A stretch of DNA of 64,000 bases from Spirochaetia bacterium (GCA_965203905.1 CBDBDQ010000005.1:3040001-3104000), one strand, 5' to 3'; shown: positions 49,411 to 59,607, counted from the stretch's first letter. The notes: a model not told the origin generated them from the letters alone. Translations and numbers: made by a program.

Positions 49411-49698
49411 ATGGCGACGAAAGTGATCCCAGTGCCGCCGGAACTCAATACGCCAGAGATCCACGAGGAGTTCGCAGCCCATCAACGGGCCGTGCATCAC
49501 TACATCGCTCATCACGAGAAGTTGCGTGAACAGTACCCGGACCAGTGGATTGCGGTATGGGTCGATGAGGGTGCCGTGCCTACTGTGGTGGACGGCAGCA
49601 GCGTTGATGCGATAGTACGAAAGGCCCGCAAGCAATCGTTGCCGCTCAAGCGTTCGTATATCCGCTATATGGCAACCGGATCTCAACGCTACGCTTGA
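49411..49698 (+). CDS. DUF5678-like small protein
   Basis: AGGAGG SD; EKLREQYPDQWIAV motif. Confidence 0.7.
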   Translation: MATKVIPVPPELNTPEIHEEFAAHQRAVHHYIAHHEKLREQYPDQWIAVWVDEGAVPTVVDGSSVDAIVRKARKQSLPLKRSYIRYMATGSQRYA

Positions 49699-49835
49699 TC
49701 CATATCCGCATCGGAGTCGCGCAGAGCGGTCCACGCAGGCCTTACGCTCGGGACGACTCAGTCATTGGGCGCGACGTGCTGGACGAGGTGCGCTTGGTGG
49801 TCGAGCGACGCCGGAACATATTGACTTTGGGATGA
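49695..49835 (+). pseudogene. Internally deleted retropepsin-like aspartyl protease
   Basis: TTGA-coupled 46-codon ORF LIHIRIGV…SVIGRDVLDEVRLVV; it retains the hhGRDhL motif but lacks the DTG site. Confidence 0.55.
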
Positions 49836-49968
49836 TGGCCGCCGGGCGTCGCTCCGGTTGGTCGCTGAGCGGCGTAGCTTCAGCGTTGCTCCAAGGTGGC
49901 AGCCGATCTATCAGGCCCGCCGCGCCCGCTGTGACGGCGCGGAAGGCGATCGGGTACGGTAACAATAC

Positions 49969-51246
49969 ATGGCTCTGACAGCGCCCCACCGGCGATTCAG
50001 TATCTTTCGGTACCGATTGAAGATAATCGCGATTGCCGGTGGCTCCCTGGGCGTGCCCCTGCTCGTCGTCGTCCTGTATCTGTTCACCGATCTGTTCTTC
50101 ACGCCGCCGCCGCACGTGGCGTCGCGGCCGGGGGCCGGGGATTGGGCCATGTTCGGACGCGGTCTCGCGCACACCGGTGCGGTCGAGGTGCCCGCACCCG
50201 AGCCGCGCGGCACCATCAAGTGGACGTTCGCCACCGGCGCGCCGGTCCATTCGTCTCCCGCCGTAGCCGGTGGGATGGTGTACTTCGGCTCACAGGACTC
50301 GATACTCTACGCGCTCGATGCGACAACCGGACGCCTGGTCTGGCAATTCCGTGCCGAGAGCCTGATCCAGACCTCGCCGGCCGTGGTCGATGGCGTGCTC
50401 TACTTCGGCGCCCACGACGGCTCCATCCGGGCGCTCGACGCAGCCACCGGCGAGCAGCTCTGGTCCTACCGGGAGAAATATGCGATCACCTCGTCGCCGG
50501 CGGTCGCCGATGGCCGGGTCTACGTCGGCACCACGGCGAAGCGGCTCCTGGCCCTGGACGCAGCCACCGGCAAGCGCAAGTGGTCGGCGACCCTCGTCGG
50601 CCAGATTCACTCGTCGCCGGCGGTGGCCAACGGCCTGGTCTACGTCGGCACACTCGGCGAGTTCTTCTATAGCGTGCATGCCCGCGACGGGCGCATCCGG
50701 ACCTGGTTCCGCACCCGTCGCGACGTTACCTCGTCGCCGGCCGTGGACGGCACTTCCGTGTACTTCACCACCACCGCCGGCAGACTCCATGCGATCGACG
50801 GTACCCGGCGCGGACTGCCGCTGGAGCACCGAATCCGGCGGCTTCTTCTGCGGATGAGGGCGATCGGACTCCCCGTCCCGCGGCTGGGCGAGCAGACCGG
50901 CCACCTGTGGGCACTGGATGTCGGGACCCACTCGGTGTCGTCGCCGGTGCTTGCCGGCGCTGCGCTGTACGTCGGCGCGGATGACAGCCTGGTTGCGGTC
51001 GACCTGGGCACCCGCGAGGTGCGGTGGCGCTTTCGTACCCTCGGCCCGGTGAGTTCTTCGCCGCGGCTGGCGGGCGACCTGGTGCTGGTGGGCAGCGAGG
51101 ATGGACGCGTGTACGCGGTAAGCGCCGCAACGGGTGAGCAACGATGGGTCGTCCGCACCGCCGGTAAGGTCACTTCCTCGCCCGCGGTCGCCGGCGGCAC
51201 CGTGTTCGTCGGCTCACACGACGGCACGCTGTACGCCATCGAGTAA
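49969..51246 (+). CDS. Membrane-anchored PQQ-like (BamB-type) beta-propeller repeat protein
   Basis: N-terminal TM helix, DWAMFG, repeated SSPAV..G.VY.G..D..LYALDA.TG..W blades. Confidence 0.9.
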   Translation: MALTAPHRRFSIFRYRLKIIAIAGGSLGVPLLVVVLYLFTDLFFTPPPHVASRPGAGDWAMFGRGLAHTGAVEVPAPEPRGTIKWTFATGAPVHSSPAVAGGMVYFGSQDSILYALDATTGRLVWQFRAESLIQTSPAVVDGVLYFGAHDGSIRALDAATGEQLWSYREKYAITSSPAVADGRVYVGTTAKRLLALDAATGKRKWSATLVGQIHSSPAVANGLVYVGTLGEFFYSVHARDGRIRTWFRTRRDVTSSPAVDGTSVYFTTTAGRLHAIDGTRRGLPLEHRIRRLLLRMRAIGLPVPRLGEQTGHLWALDVGTHSVSSPVLAGAALYVGADDSLVAVDLGTREVRWRFRTLGPVSSSPRLAGDLVLVGSEDGRVYAVSAATGEQRWVVRTAGKVTSSPAVAGGTVFVGSHDGTLYAIE

Positions 51247-51274
51247 ACTGGCGCCGCATGAAGGAATTCGGGAC

Positions 51275-51829
51275 ATGAAGCTGCGACTCTGGCTGCTCCT
51301 CGGCGTGGTCGTGGCAGCGCTGGCCGCGGTATTCATCCTCACCAGCGGACGGGACGACGCGGAAGAGGATGCCGAACGACCGATAATCTGGTCGTTCGAC
51401 CTGCGCGACCTGCACCGGGTCGAGATCGCTATGCCGCAGGATCAACTGGCGGAGGCATGGCTCAACGTCGACCGCGTGTGGTACTTCGATCGCCCCGGAC
51501 GACCGCGGGTGGACCTCGACCGCTGGGGTGGTGCGGTTCCCTACCTGTTGAGCGGTCCGGGAGCGAACCGGCTCATCACCGAGGATGCCGCCGACGAGGA
51601 CCTGGAGATCTACGGCCTGCTGGCGCCGCAAATGACGATCCACCTGGAGCACGGCGGCGAGCATGGCGATGGGCCGGGGATCGTCGATCTCGAGATCGGA
51701 GACGAAACCCCCGACTCCTTCAGCTACTACGTACGCCTGGTCGGCACCCGGAAGGTGTATACCGTCGACCGTACCTGGTACGAGGTAATGGAGCGGCTCG
51801 TGCTCGACCCGCCTTACCTGCAGGAGTGA
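51275..51829 (+). CDS. DUF4340 domain protein (copy 1)
   Basis: N-terminal TM anchor; YGL..P, IGDETPD..SYY, VYTV. Confidence 0.82.
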   Translation: MKLRLWLLLGVVVAALAAVFILTSGRDDAEEDAERPIIWSFDLRDLHRVEIAMPQDQLAEAWLNVDRVWYFDRPGRPRVDLDRWGGAVPYLLSGPGANRLITEDAADEDLEIYGLLAPQMTIHLEHGGEHGDGPGIVDLEIGDETPDSFSYYVRLVGTRKVYTVDRTWYEVMERLVLDPPYLQE

Positions 51830-51920
51830 GAGTCGCACCGCGGCGCTCCACAATCGACGCCCGTTGCTTCGCTGCCGGTGCCGGGCATGGGTACATTGGC
51901 CGCGCCGGACGACAACGAAG

Positions 51921-52874
51921 ATGATACGCGTAGAGAATCTCACCAAGTACTACGGGGAGCGGCTGGCCGTCGACGACATCGCCTTCAACATCGAGAAGGG
52001 GGAGATCGTCGGCTTCCTGGGACCCAACGGCGCCGGCAAGTCCACCACCATGAAGATGGTGACCGGCTACCTGATGCCCACGCGCGGTGACGTGTTCGTC
52101 GCCGAGCACGACATGGCGCAGGATTCGTTGCAGGGACGCCGCCACATCGGCTACCTCCCGGAGATCGTCCCGCTCTACTACGACATGACCACCCATGCGT
52201 ACCTGAGATTTGCGGGGCGCTTGCGCGGGCTCGACAAGCGCACGGCCGCCAGGCGGGTCGACGAGGTGATCGAGATCTGCGCCCTTGAGGAGTATCGCGA
52301 CGTCATTCTGTCGAAGCTCTCGAAGGGCTACCGGCAGCGGGTGGGGCTCGCCCAGTCGATCGTGCACGATCCGCAGGTGCTGATTCTGGATGAGCCGACG
52401 ATCGGCATCGATCCGATCCAGGTCGCGCATACGCGGGCGCTGATCAAGGAGCTCGGCGAGAACCGGACCATCCTCCTGTCCAGCCACATCCTGCCGGAGG
52501 TGAGCATGGTGTGCCAGCGGGTCATCATCATTCACCAGGGCAGGATCGTGGCGCAGGACACCATCGACCACCTGTCGTCGACCGTTACCGGGGGCGAGCG
52601 CCTGCGGCTGCGGGTGGACGGCCCGCCGTCCCAGGTTGCGGAGGTGCTTGGCGGCATCGAGGGCGTGCTCGAGGTGAGGTTCCAGGAGCCGTTCCACCTG
52701 GTGCGGCTGGAGGCGGGGAAGCAACCGCAGGCGCGGATCTCGGCCACCCTGGTGCAGCAGGGCTGGGGGCTGCTGGCCATGGAGAGCGCCACCATGACGC
52801 TCGAGGACATTTTTCTGGAGCTCACCGACGAGGCGGACGAGGCGGACGACGCTGACGAGGCGGACGCGGAGTGA
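51921..52874 (+). CDS. ABC-2 exporter ATP-binding protein, GldA-like (copy 1)
   Basis: GPNGAGKST, IGYLPE..PLY, LSKGYRQRVGLAQ, LDEPT.G.DP. Confidence 0.92.
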   Translation: MIRVENLTKYYGERLAVDDIAFNIEKGEIVGFLGPNGAGKSTTMKMVTGYLMPTRGDVFVAEHDMAQDSLQGRRHIGYLPEIVPLYYDMTTHAYLRFAGRLRGLDKRTAARRVDEVIEICALEEYRDVILSKLSKGYRQRVGLAQSIVHDPQVLILDEPTIGIDPIQVAHTRALIKELGENRTILLSSHILPEVSMVCQRVIIIHQGRIVAQDTIDHLSSTVTGGERLRLRVDGPPSQVAEVLGGIEGVLEVRFQEPFHLVRLEAGKQPQARISATLVQQGWGLLAMESATMTLEDIFLELTDEADEADDADEADAE

Positions 52875-53599
52875 GACTCTTCCTGCGCAACGTGGGCGTC
52901 ATATCCCGCAAGGAACTGGCCTCGTACCTCACCTCGCCGATGGCCTACATCGTGACCGCGGTGTTCATGGGCCTGTCGGGCTTCTTCTTCGCCAGCGTCC
53001 TGGCGGCGCAGAACTACGCCGACACCAGCATCGCGGGGTTCCTCAACGCGGCGCAGTTTCTCATCCTCCTGTTCGCCGCCTTCATCACCATGCGGCTCGT
53101 AGCCGAGGAGAAGAAGCTCGGCACCTGGGAGTTCCTGCTCACCGCACCCGTTCGCGACAGCGAGATCGTCGTCGGCAAGTTCCTGGCCAGCCTGGTGATC
53201 CTCGGCGGCATGCTGGTGCTCACCCTCTACTATCCCCTGCTGCTGATGTTTTTTGGTGACCCGGACCTTGGTCCCATGGCGACGTCCTACGTCGGCCTGG
53301 TGCTGATGGGCAGCGCGGCGCTGGCGATCGGGATCTTCGTGTCATCGGTCACCGCGAACCAGATCGTGTCGGCCGCGGTCACCGCCGGGATCCTGTTCGG
53401 CCTCTGGGCCATCGGGCTGGTCGCCGACCTGGTGCCGGGCGCCGCCGGGGAAGTGATGCTCCGCATCGCCTTCGCGGGCTACTTTCCCGACTTCGTGCGC
53501 GGGATCATCGATACCAAGGCGATCGTGTACTACCTGAGTCTGACCATGCTGTTTCTGTTCATGGCGGTGCGCTCGATCGAGACCGGGAGGTGGCGCTGA
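52871..53599 (+). CDS. ABC-2 permease, GldF-like (copy 1)
   Basis: KELASYLTSPMAY, TMRLVAEEKK.GT.E.LLT.P, NQIVSA, GIIDT. Confidence 0.9.
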   Translation: MRLFLRNVGVISRKELASYLTSPMAYIVTAVFMGLSGFFFASVLAAQNYADTSIAGFLNAAQFLILLFAAFITMRLVAEEKKLGTWEFLLTAPVRDSEIVVGKFLASLVILGGMLVLTLYYPLLLMFFGDPDLGPMATSYVGLVLMGSAALAIGIFVSSVTANQIVSAAVTAGILFGLWAIGLVADLVPGAAGEVMLRIAFAGYFPDFVRGIIDTKAIVYYLSLTMLFLFMAVRSIETGRWR

Positions 53600-55155
53600 T
53601 GTCGACCGGAGTCGTGGCGCTCGTCGGCGTTGGCCTCCTGGTCGCGGCCTGGGTCCTGGATTTCGTCCTTCCCGGCAGCGGCATCGCGGTCTGGTCGGTC
53701 GCGGCGGCCGGTGTCGGCTGCATGGTCACCGGACTGCTGTGGGATCTGCGGCGTGTGCGCAGCGCACTCTCCAGCCGCCGCGGCGTGTTCGGGATCGGCA
53801 CCTCGGTCACGCTCTCCCTGGCCATCGGCATCGTCGTCCTGGCCAACCTGGTGAGCACCACGGTCTATCACCGCTTCGACTTTACCGGCCTCAAGCAGTT
53901 CACCCTCACCACCCAGACCAGGCAAGTCCTCGCGGGATTGGAGAGCGAGGTCGAGGTGGTGAGTTTCTACGCGGACGTGAATCCGAACATGAAGGACAGC
54001 CGGGAGATTGCCGCCGTCAACTCGTTCGGATTCGAGTTGCTCAAGGAGTATGCGAACTACAGCGAGCTGCTGCAGGTCAGGCGTGAGGATCCGGAACTGC
54101 GTCCCGACCTGGCTCGCCAGTACGGGATCAGCCCATTCGGCGCCGCGGTCGGGACCGTGGTGTTTCGCGGCGAGTTCGGCCAGATGCTGGTCTATGGACC
54201 GCAGATTCAGGGCGAGGCGGAGAGCGCGTTCACCAGCGCCATACTGCAGGTGACGGGAACCCGGCAGCGCGTGGTCTACTTCGTCACCGGCCACGGCGAG
54301 GGCAGCATTCTCGGCGACTACGAGGATGCCCGCCGCGGGCTGCGCGACAACCTGTTCCAGGTGGGTGAGCTGAGCCTGGACCAGGTTCCGGAGATACCGC
54401 CCAACGCCAACATCGTGGTCGTGGCCGGGCCGCAGGAACCGTTTGCGACGAGCGAGATCGAGATGCTCGACACCTACGTGCGCGCGGGTGGACGCCTGGC
54501 CCTGCTCCTGAACCCGGGCGCGCAACAGGAACTGCGCGACTTCGCCGGAGACTGGTGGCTGGGTGTCGACCACGGCATCGTGGTGGACCCGCCGGCGCAC
54601 GTGTCGCCCAACGTCGACATCCCACTGGTCGACCGCCGCCGCAACGCCTACGGCCTGCTGGAGGCGTACTTCCCGGGAGTCGCCGCGATCATACCGGCGG
54701 ACGAGGTACCGGAGGGAGTGGAGCTGACGCCGATCGCCTTTACCACGGGAGGAAGCTGGATCGAGCGTTCGCGACTGGGAGCTTCAGAACCGGAGTACGA
54801 TCCCGACGTCGACGTCGCCGGCCCGCACGCCGTGGCGGCGATGGTGGAGCGGCCGGTGGATCCCGATGCCGCTGTCGCGGCGCGCTCGCCGGCCAGCAGG
54901 ATGGTGATCATGGGCGACTCGGACTTCGCCACCAATCAGCACTTCCGCAACGTCAACAACGGCGGCATGTTCCTGACCATGATCAACCGGTTGGGGGCGG
55001 GCGAGGAGGTGTTCTCGGTCGACCGCAAGGTCCTGCCGGTGCGGCGCCTGATTCTGAGTCCGGAGGAGGCCCGCTTCCTGCACGTCTCCAGCGTGGGCCT
55101 CATTCCGCTGCTGCTCATCGTCGCGGCGGCAACCCTGTGGTGGCGCCGGCGCTGA
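53599..55155 (+). CDS. GldG-family ABC auxiliary membrane protein (copy 1)
   Basis: RFDFT….FTL…T, DPE.RP.LA.QY, VYFVTGHGE, VAGP, GDSDFA.N, C-terminal TM ending WWRRR. Confidence 0.9.
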   Translation: MSTGVVALVGVGLLVAAWVLDFVLPGSGIAVWSVAAAGVGCMVTGLLWDLRRVRSALSSRRGVFGIGTSVTLSLAIGIVVLANLVSTTVYHRFDFTGLKQFTLTTQTRQVLAGLESEVEVVSFYADVNPNMKDSREIAAVNSFGFELLKEYANYSELLQVRREDPELRPDLARQYGISPFGAAVGTVVFRGEFGQMLVYGPQIQGEAESAFTSAILQVTGTRQRVVYFVTGHGEGSILGDYEDARRGLRDNLFQVGELSLDQVPEIPPNANIVVVAGPQEPFATSEIEMLDTYVRAGGRLALLLNPGAQQELRDFAGDWWLGVDHGIVVDPPAHVSPNVDIPLVDRRRNAYGLLEAYFPGVAAIIPADEVPEGVELTPIAFTTGGSWIERSRLGASEPEYDPDVDVAGPHAVAAMVERPVDPDAAVAARSPASRMVIMGDSDFATNQHFRNVNNGGMFLTMINRLGAGEEVFSVDRKVLPVRRLILSPEEARFLHVSSVGLIPLLLIVAAATLWWRRR

Positions 55156-55160
55156 GCGGT

Positions 55161-55841
55161 TTACGACAGGCAGGCCATGGCGTCCCACGGGTCGCGCATG
55201 GAGAGGGTCATGGTGACCTGCATGCGGTTCTCCCGTTCGGAGAAGGCGGCCTCTTCGAAGGCCGGCTGCAACAACTCCATGACCTCCGAGCAGTCGCATT
55301 TCCCGCATGCGGGCGGAAGCGGAATCGGGAACTCCTCCCGGACCCGTAGCCCGAACGTCCGTTCCACGGCGTCGGGGAAGTCGACGATGTCCTCCAGCCT
55401 GGCGTTCACGGCAACTTCATCGAGCGGGGCGCGTGGGACGTACAGGCTCCAGTGCACGCTCTTGGTGCGGCTGAGCAGCCGCGCGTTTCCCAGGGAGGAA
55501 CATGCCCACTGCTCGTAGCGAACCTCGGAAGAGAGGCGCAAGCTGGCGCCGGTTGCGAGCACCGTGGTGCCGCCGACCCAGTAGATGCGCCGCGAGCATC
55601 GATTCTGGAAGGTCCCCCTGCCCTGGAGATAGCGGTCCAGGTCCGCCTCGAAGTCGTCGAAGCTCGCCGTGACGACCATGTCGGTCCGGCCCGCGGCGTC
55701 GGACGCGCCGGACAGGTCGATGCTCTCCACGGTTCCGACCTGGCGCCCCTGCAGCACGATCGCGGTGTCGTGGATGGCGCCCGCCATCGCGCAGTGCGCT
55801 CCCAGCATGAGTGCGCCCGCTACGACCGCCAGCCGTCTCAT
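55161..55841 (-). CDS. Exported Cys-containing hypothetical protein, 226 aa
   Basis: Signal peptide MRRLAVVAGALMLGAHCAMA; ATGA-coupled to the PPIase gene; Cys in NRCS, WACS, ACGKCDC, ACLS. Confidence 0.72.
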   Translation of the reverse strand: MRRLAVVAGALMLGAHCAMAGAIHDTAIVLQGRQVGTVESIDLSGASDAAGRTDMVVTASFDDFEADLDRYLQGRGTFQNRCSRRIYWVGGTTVLATGASLRLSSEVRYEQWACSSLGNARLLSRTKSVHWSLYVPRAPLDEVAVNARLEDIVDFPDAVERTFGLRVREEFPIPLPPACGKCDCSEVMELLQPAFEEAAFSERENRMQVTMTLSMRDPWDAMACLS

Positions 55842-56854
55842 GAGTCCTCGTCGTGGCGTGCCATGCGCTGGAGCTGCCATTTCACCCACAGGTCGGTCTC
55901 GGTGTCGTAGCCGTTGGAGAAGCCGTGAAACTCCACCTTGTGGTACTGGTACTCCTGGTTGAACCAGGTGGTGAGCGCGGTGGCCTTGGCCGCCTCCCGC
56001 GCCTCCGGCTCCATCTCGCGCGCCGCGGCCCGCTCGCCCACCATCGCGATGGCATAGGCGGACCCACCGAGCGCCAGCATGCGGCTCGGCTCACCCACCG
56101 GCAGGTCGAACACGGCGGCAAGCTCCGGTCGCATCGCCTCCCGCGGCAACCAGCCCACCTCGCCGCCCTTGGCGCGCAGCTTTTCGTCGGCGTTCGCTTC
56201 GCTGCGGGCCAGCTCCAGGAAGTCGGCTCCCGCTTCGAGCTGCGCAATGATGCCGGTCCCCGCCTCCGGGGAGGCAAAGACGATCAGGTAGAGACGCACC
56301 TGCTCCGCGACGGTCGGCAACCGCTCACCGAGATACTCCGTCAAACGCTGCGTCAGCAGGTTGCGGCGCATCAGCTCGCGGAACTCGGCGTCACTGAGCT
56401 CGGTGTCGTTGAGCGCCTGGCGGTACCACTCCTTCACCTCTTCGTCGGTGATCGAATCGCCGCCGGCGCGCGCGCTGGCGCGCAGGTAGTCGTCGACATC
56501 CTGGTCCGTCACCTCGATGCTGTAGGGCGGTTTCACCGCCGTCTGCGCGATGATCAGCTCGCGGGTCAGGAGTTGCAGCACCTCCAGCGGCTCGCGGTTG
56601 AACATGCGCACCCGCTTCAGGAAGTAGCCCATCTCGACCGCCAGATCGTCGACGATCAGGACCTTGGTCTGCAACGGCTTCACTCGGTCCCGGTAGATGG
56701 CGACGCCGGCCACCCCGCCCACGATCACGGCCACCACCAGCACCAGGATCACGACCTGCATCAGGCCCAGTTGCGGCGTCGCCCGCGTCGTCGATGCGCC
56801 CTTCGAAGCGCCCTGCCTCCGGCTCCTCGCCGGGCCTGTCCCCTTGCCCTTCAC
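55838..56854 (-). CDS. PrsA/SurA-like membrane-anchored peptidyl-prolyl isomerase (parvulin)
   Basis: TM anchor, SurA-N-like helical region, GADFLELAR, KGGEVGW, VFDLPVGEPS. Confidence 0.85.
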   Translation of the reverse strand: MKGKGTGPARSRRQGASKGASTTRATPQLGLMQVVILVLVVAVIVGGVAGVAIYRDRVKPLQTKVLIVDDLAVEMGYFLKRVRMFNREPLEVLQLLTRELIIAQTAVKPPYSIEVTDQDVDDYLRASARAGGDSITDEEVKEWYRQALNDTELSDAEFRELMRRNLLTQRLTEYLGERLPTVAEQVRLYLIVFASPEAGTGIIAQLEAGADFLELARSEANADEKLRAKGGEVGWLPREAMRPELAAVFDLPVGEPSRMLALGGSAYAIAMVGERAAAREMEPEAREAAKATALTTWFNQEYQYHKVEFHGFSNGYDTETDLWVKWQLQRMARHDEDS

Positions 56855-56876
56855 GATTGTGCGGTGCGCGGTGTGG

Positions 56877-57875
56877 TCAGGATGCCTCGACGAGATGGCA
56901 GGCGGTCCAGTGGTTGGGACCGGTCGACTTCAACTCGGGCACCTCGGCCTTGCACCTCTCCTCCGCGTGCGGGCAGCGGGTGTGAAACGGGCAGCCGCTC
57001 GGCGGATTCATCGGGCTCGGCACGTCGCCCTTCAGGATGATCCGTTCCCGGGTGCGGTCGACTACCGGGTCGGGGATCGGCACCGCGGACAGCAGCGAGA
57101 TGGTGTAGGGGTGCTGCGGCTCGTCATACAGCCGGTCGCTGCTGGTGATCTCCATGATCTTGCCGAGATACATCACCGCCACCCGGTCGCTGATATTGCG
57201 CACCACCGCCAGGTCGTGGGCAATGAACAGGTAGGTGAGGTTGAACTCCTCGCGCAGCCGCATCAGCAGCGTGATGATCTGCGCCTGGATCGACACGTCG
57301 AGCGCCGAAACCGGCTCGTCGCACACGATGAACGCCGGGCGCACCGCCAGTGCGCGCGCGATTCCGAGGCGTTGGCGCTGGCCACCGCTGAACTCGTGCG
57401 GGTAGCGGCCGGCGACGGTGGGCTGCAGCTCCACCATGCTCAGCAGCTCCGCAACCTGCCGCCGGTACTGCCTGCCGCGGGCCATGTCATGCACCCGCAA
57501 CGGCTCGCCGACGATATCGCCGGCGGTCATGCGCGGGTCGAGGGAGGCGAAGGGATCCTGGAAGATGAGCTGCATGTGACGCCGCATGCGACGCAACGCC
57601 TCGCCCTTCATCTGCACCAGGTCCTGGCCCTGGAAGACCACCTCGCCGGCGGTGATATCCTGCAACTGCAGGATGCAGCGCCCGGTGGTGGTCTTGCCAC
57701 AACCGCTCTCACCCACCAGTCCCAGGGTCTCGCCCGGTTCGATGGAAAAGCTGACCCCGTCCACCGCCTTGACGTCGCCCACCTTGCGGCGCAGCACCCC
57801 GGCCGTGACCGGGTAGTACTTGATCAGGTCACGTACTTCCAGGAGGTGCTCGGTGCCGTTGTTGCCGTTACTCAT
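56877..57875 (-). CDS. Oligopeptide ABC ATP-binding protein (OppF-like)
   Basis: [32 protein letters not shown]. Confidence 0.94.
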   Translation of the reverse strand: MSNGNNGTEHLLEVRDLIKYYPVTAGVLRRKVGDVKAVDGVSFSIEPGETLGLVGESGCGKTTTGRCILQLQDITAGEVVFQGQDLVQMKGEALRRMRRHMQLIFQDPFASLDPRMTAGDIVGEPLRVHDMARGRQYRRQVAELLSMVELQPTVAGRYPHEFSGGQRQRLGIARALAVRPAFIVCDEPVSALDVSIQAQIITLLMRLREEFNLTYLFIAHDLAVVRNISDRVAVMYLGKIMEITSSDRLYDEPQHPYTISLLSAVPIPDPVVDRTRERIILKGDVPSPMNPPSGCPFHTRCPHAEERCKAEVPELKSTGPNHWTACHLVEAS

Positions 57876-58900
57876 ACCGTCACCTTCTCCAGCTTGCTCG
57901 GATCGTAGAAGCAGCTTCGCATGTGGCCTTCGCTGACCGCCTCGAGCTGCGGTTCCTCCTCGTGGCACTGATCCATCGCGAAGGAACAGCGCGGCGAGAA
58001 GGAGCACCCCGACGGCAGATGGGCCAGGTTGGGGGGCAACCCCTCGATGACGCGCGGAGCCACCCGGCGGGGGCTGTCGAGGCGCGGCACCGAGGCCATC
58101 AGGCCGATGGTGTAGGGATGCTTGGGTTCGGCAAAAATGATGTCGGTGGTCCCCGACTCCACCAGCTTGCCGGCGTACATCACGTTTACGCGGTCGACGT
58201 AGCGCGCCACCAGCCCCAGGTTGTGGGTGATGATGATGCCGGCCATGTCGAGCTGCTCGCGCAGATCGGCGATGATCTCCAGCAGCTGCGCCTGCACGGT
58301 CACGTCCAGTGAGGTGGTAGGCTCGTCGGCAATCAGCAACTCGGGGCTGCAACTCAGCGCCATGGCGATCATCACCCGCTGCTGCATGCCGCCGCTGAAC
58401 TGAAACGGGTAGTCCTTGATGCGCCGCTCCGGGTCGGGGATGCCCACCAAGTCGAGCAGCTTGACGCTCTCCGCCAGCGCCGTGGACTTGTCGGCGTTGC
58501 GGTGCAACTCGATCGACTCGGAGATCTGCCGGCCCACGGTCAGCACCGGGTTGAGGGAGGTGGTGGGCTCCTGGAACACCATGGCGATGCGGTTGCCGCG
58601 GATGTCACGCATCCGCGCCTCGTCCACCTTCAGCAGGTCCTCGCCCTGGAACAGGATCTCACCGCCCACGATCAGGCCCGGCGGATGGGGGATCAGGCGC
58701 AGCACCGACATGGCGCTCACGCTCTTGCCGCAGCCGCTCTCCCCTACCAGGCCGACGAATTCCCCTTTTCTGACCCGGTAGGAAAGCCCATCGACTGCCT
58801 TGACGACGCCCTCGTCGGTGTAGAAGTAGGTCTGCAACCCGTTGACTTCCAGCACCGTCTCGCGTTCGGCATGAGTATCTGGGGCTTGCGATGCACTCAA
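57872..58900 (-). CDS. Oligopeptide ABC ATP-binding protein (OppD-like)
   Basis: [34 protein letters not shown]. Confidence 0.94.
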   Translation of the reverse strand: MSASQAPDTHAERETVLEVNGLQTYFYTDEGVVKAVDGLSYRVRKGEFVGLVGESGCGKSVSAMSVLRLIPHPPGLIVGGEILFQGEDLLKVDEARMRDIRGNRIAMVFQEPTTSLNPVLTVGRQISESIELHRNADKSTALAESVKLLDLVGIPDPERRIKDYPFQFSGGMQQRVMIAMALSCSPELLIADEPTTSLDVTVQAQLLEIIADLREQLDMAGIIITHNLGLVARYVDRVNVMYAGKLVESGTTDIIFAEPKHPYTIGLMASVPRLDSPRRVAPRVIEGLPPNLAHLPSGCSFSPRCSFAMDQCHEEEPQLEAVSEGHMRSCFYDPSKLEKVTV

Positions 58901-59030
58901 AGCTATACCTCTTCGCCACTCTTGCGGCGCACCTGCCTATCACACCAGAGTCTGGGCGAGAAGTCAACCGTGCGCTGCCGGTTGCCGGTTTGCCGGTTTG
59001 CGCGCGCGTGGTGCTGCTCGATCGGCTGTC

Positions 59031-59603
59031 CTACTCGATCGGCTTCTGGTCGGGCGGCGGGTAGGGCGGATCGGTCACCAGCCGTTCCAGCACGCGGAAC
59101 CAGGTGAAGTCCACGGTGTAGACGTCGGTGTCGGTGATCTCCTTGATGTAGTAGCTGCGTCCGTCGGGGGTGGCGTCGCCCACGATCACCTCCACCAACT
59201 GGCCGTCGATGAGGGTGAGGCCGAGCCTCATCTGCGGCTCGGTGAGGCCGAACAGCTCCATCTGCTCGGGGGTCGCCTCTTCGGCGATGCGGCGGTTGGC
59301 GCCCGGCCCGCTCACCAGCAGTGCCACCCCGCCGCCCCAGCGTTCGCGGTTCACCGGCTGCCCCTCTTCGTCGTCGAAGTACCACTGCCGGTCCTCGCCG
59401 CGTTTCCACCGCTCCTGCATGCCGGCGCGCGGCAGCTTGATCTCCAGGTGGACCAGGTCCATCATGTCGAAGCCCCAGACGAAGGGGCGCGGCGCGGGGC
59501 GCGGCTGCGGTTGCGGGCGGGTGGCGTAGTAGAGGCCGACCGCGAGTCCGGCCGCGACCACCAGCAGCAGCAGCAGCGAGCGCAGTTTCAACAGCCGCCG
59601 CAT
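59031..59603 (-). CDS. DUF4340 domain protein (copy 2)
   Basis: Shares WYFD, RWGG, SGPGANR, GD.TPD..SYY, VYTVD.TW and ERLV.DPPY with copy 1. Confidence 0.82.
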   Translation of the reverse strand: MRRLLKLRSLLLLLVVAAGLAVGLYYATRPQPQPRPAPRPFVWGFDMMDLVHLEIKLPRAGMQERWKRGEDRQWYFDDEEGQPVNRERWGGGVALLVSGPGANRRIAEEATPEQMELFGLTEPQMRLGLTLIDGQLVEVIVGDATPDGRSYYIKEITDTDVYTVDFTWFRVLERLVTDPPYPPPDQKPIE

Positions 59604-59607
59604 GGGC

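Noticed and set aside
49969-51246. PQQ-dependent dehydrogenase or true BamB
   Set aside because: Too short and regular for a quinoprotein dehydrogenase, no lipobox, and no bam or pqq context
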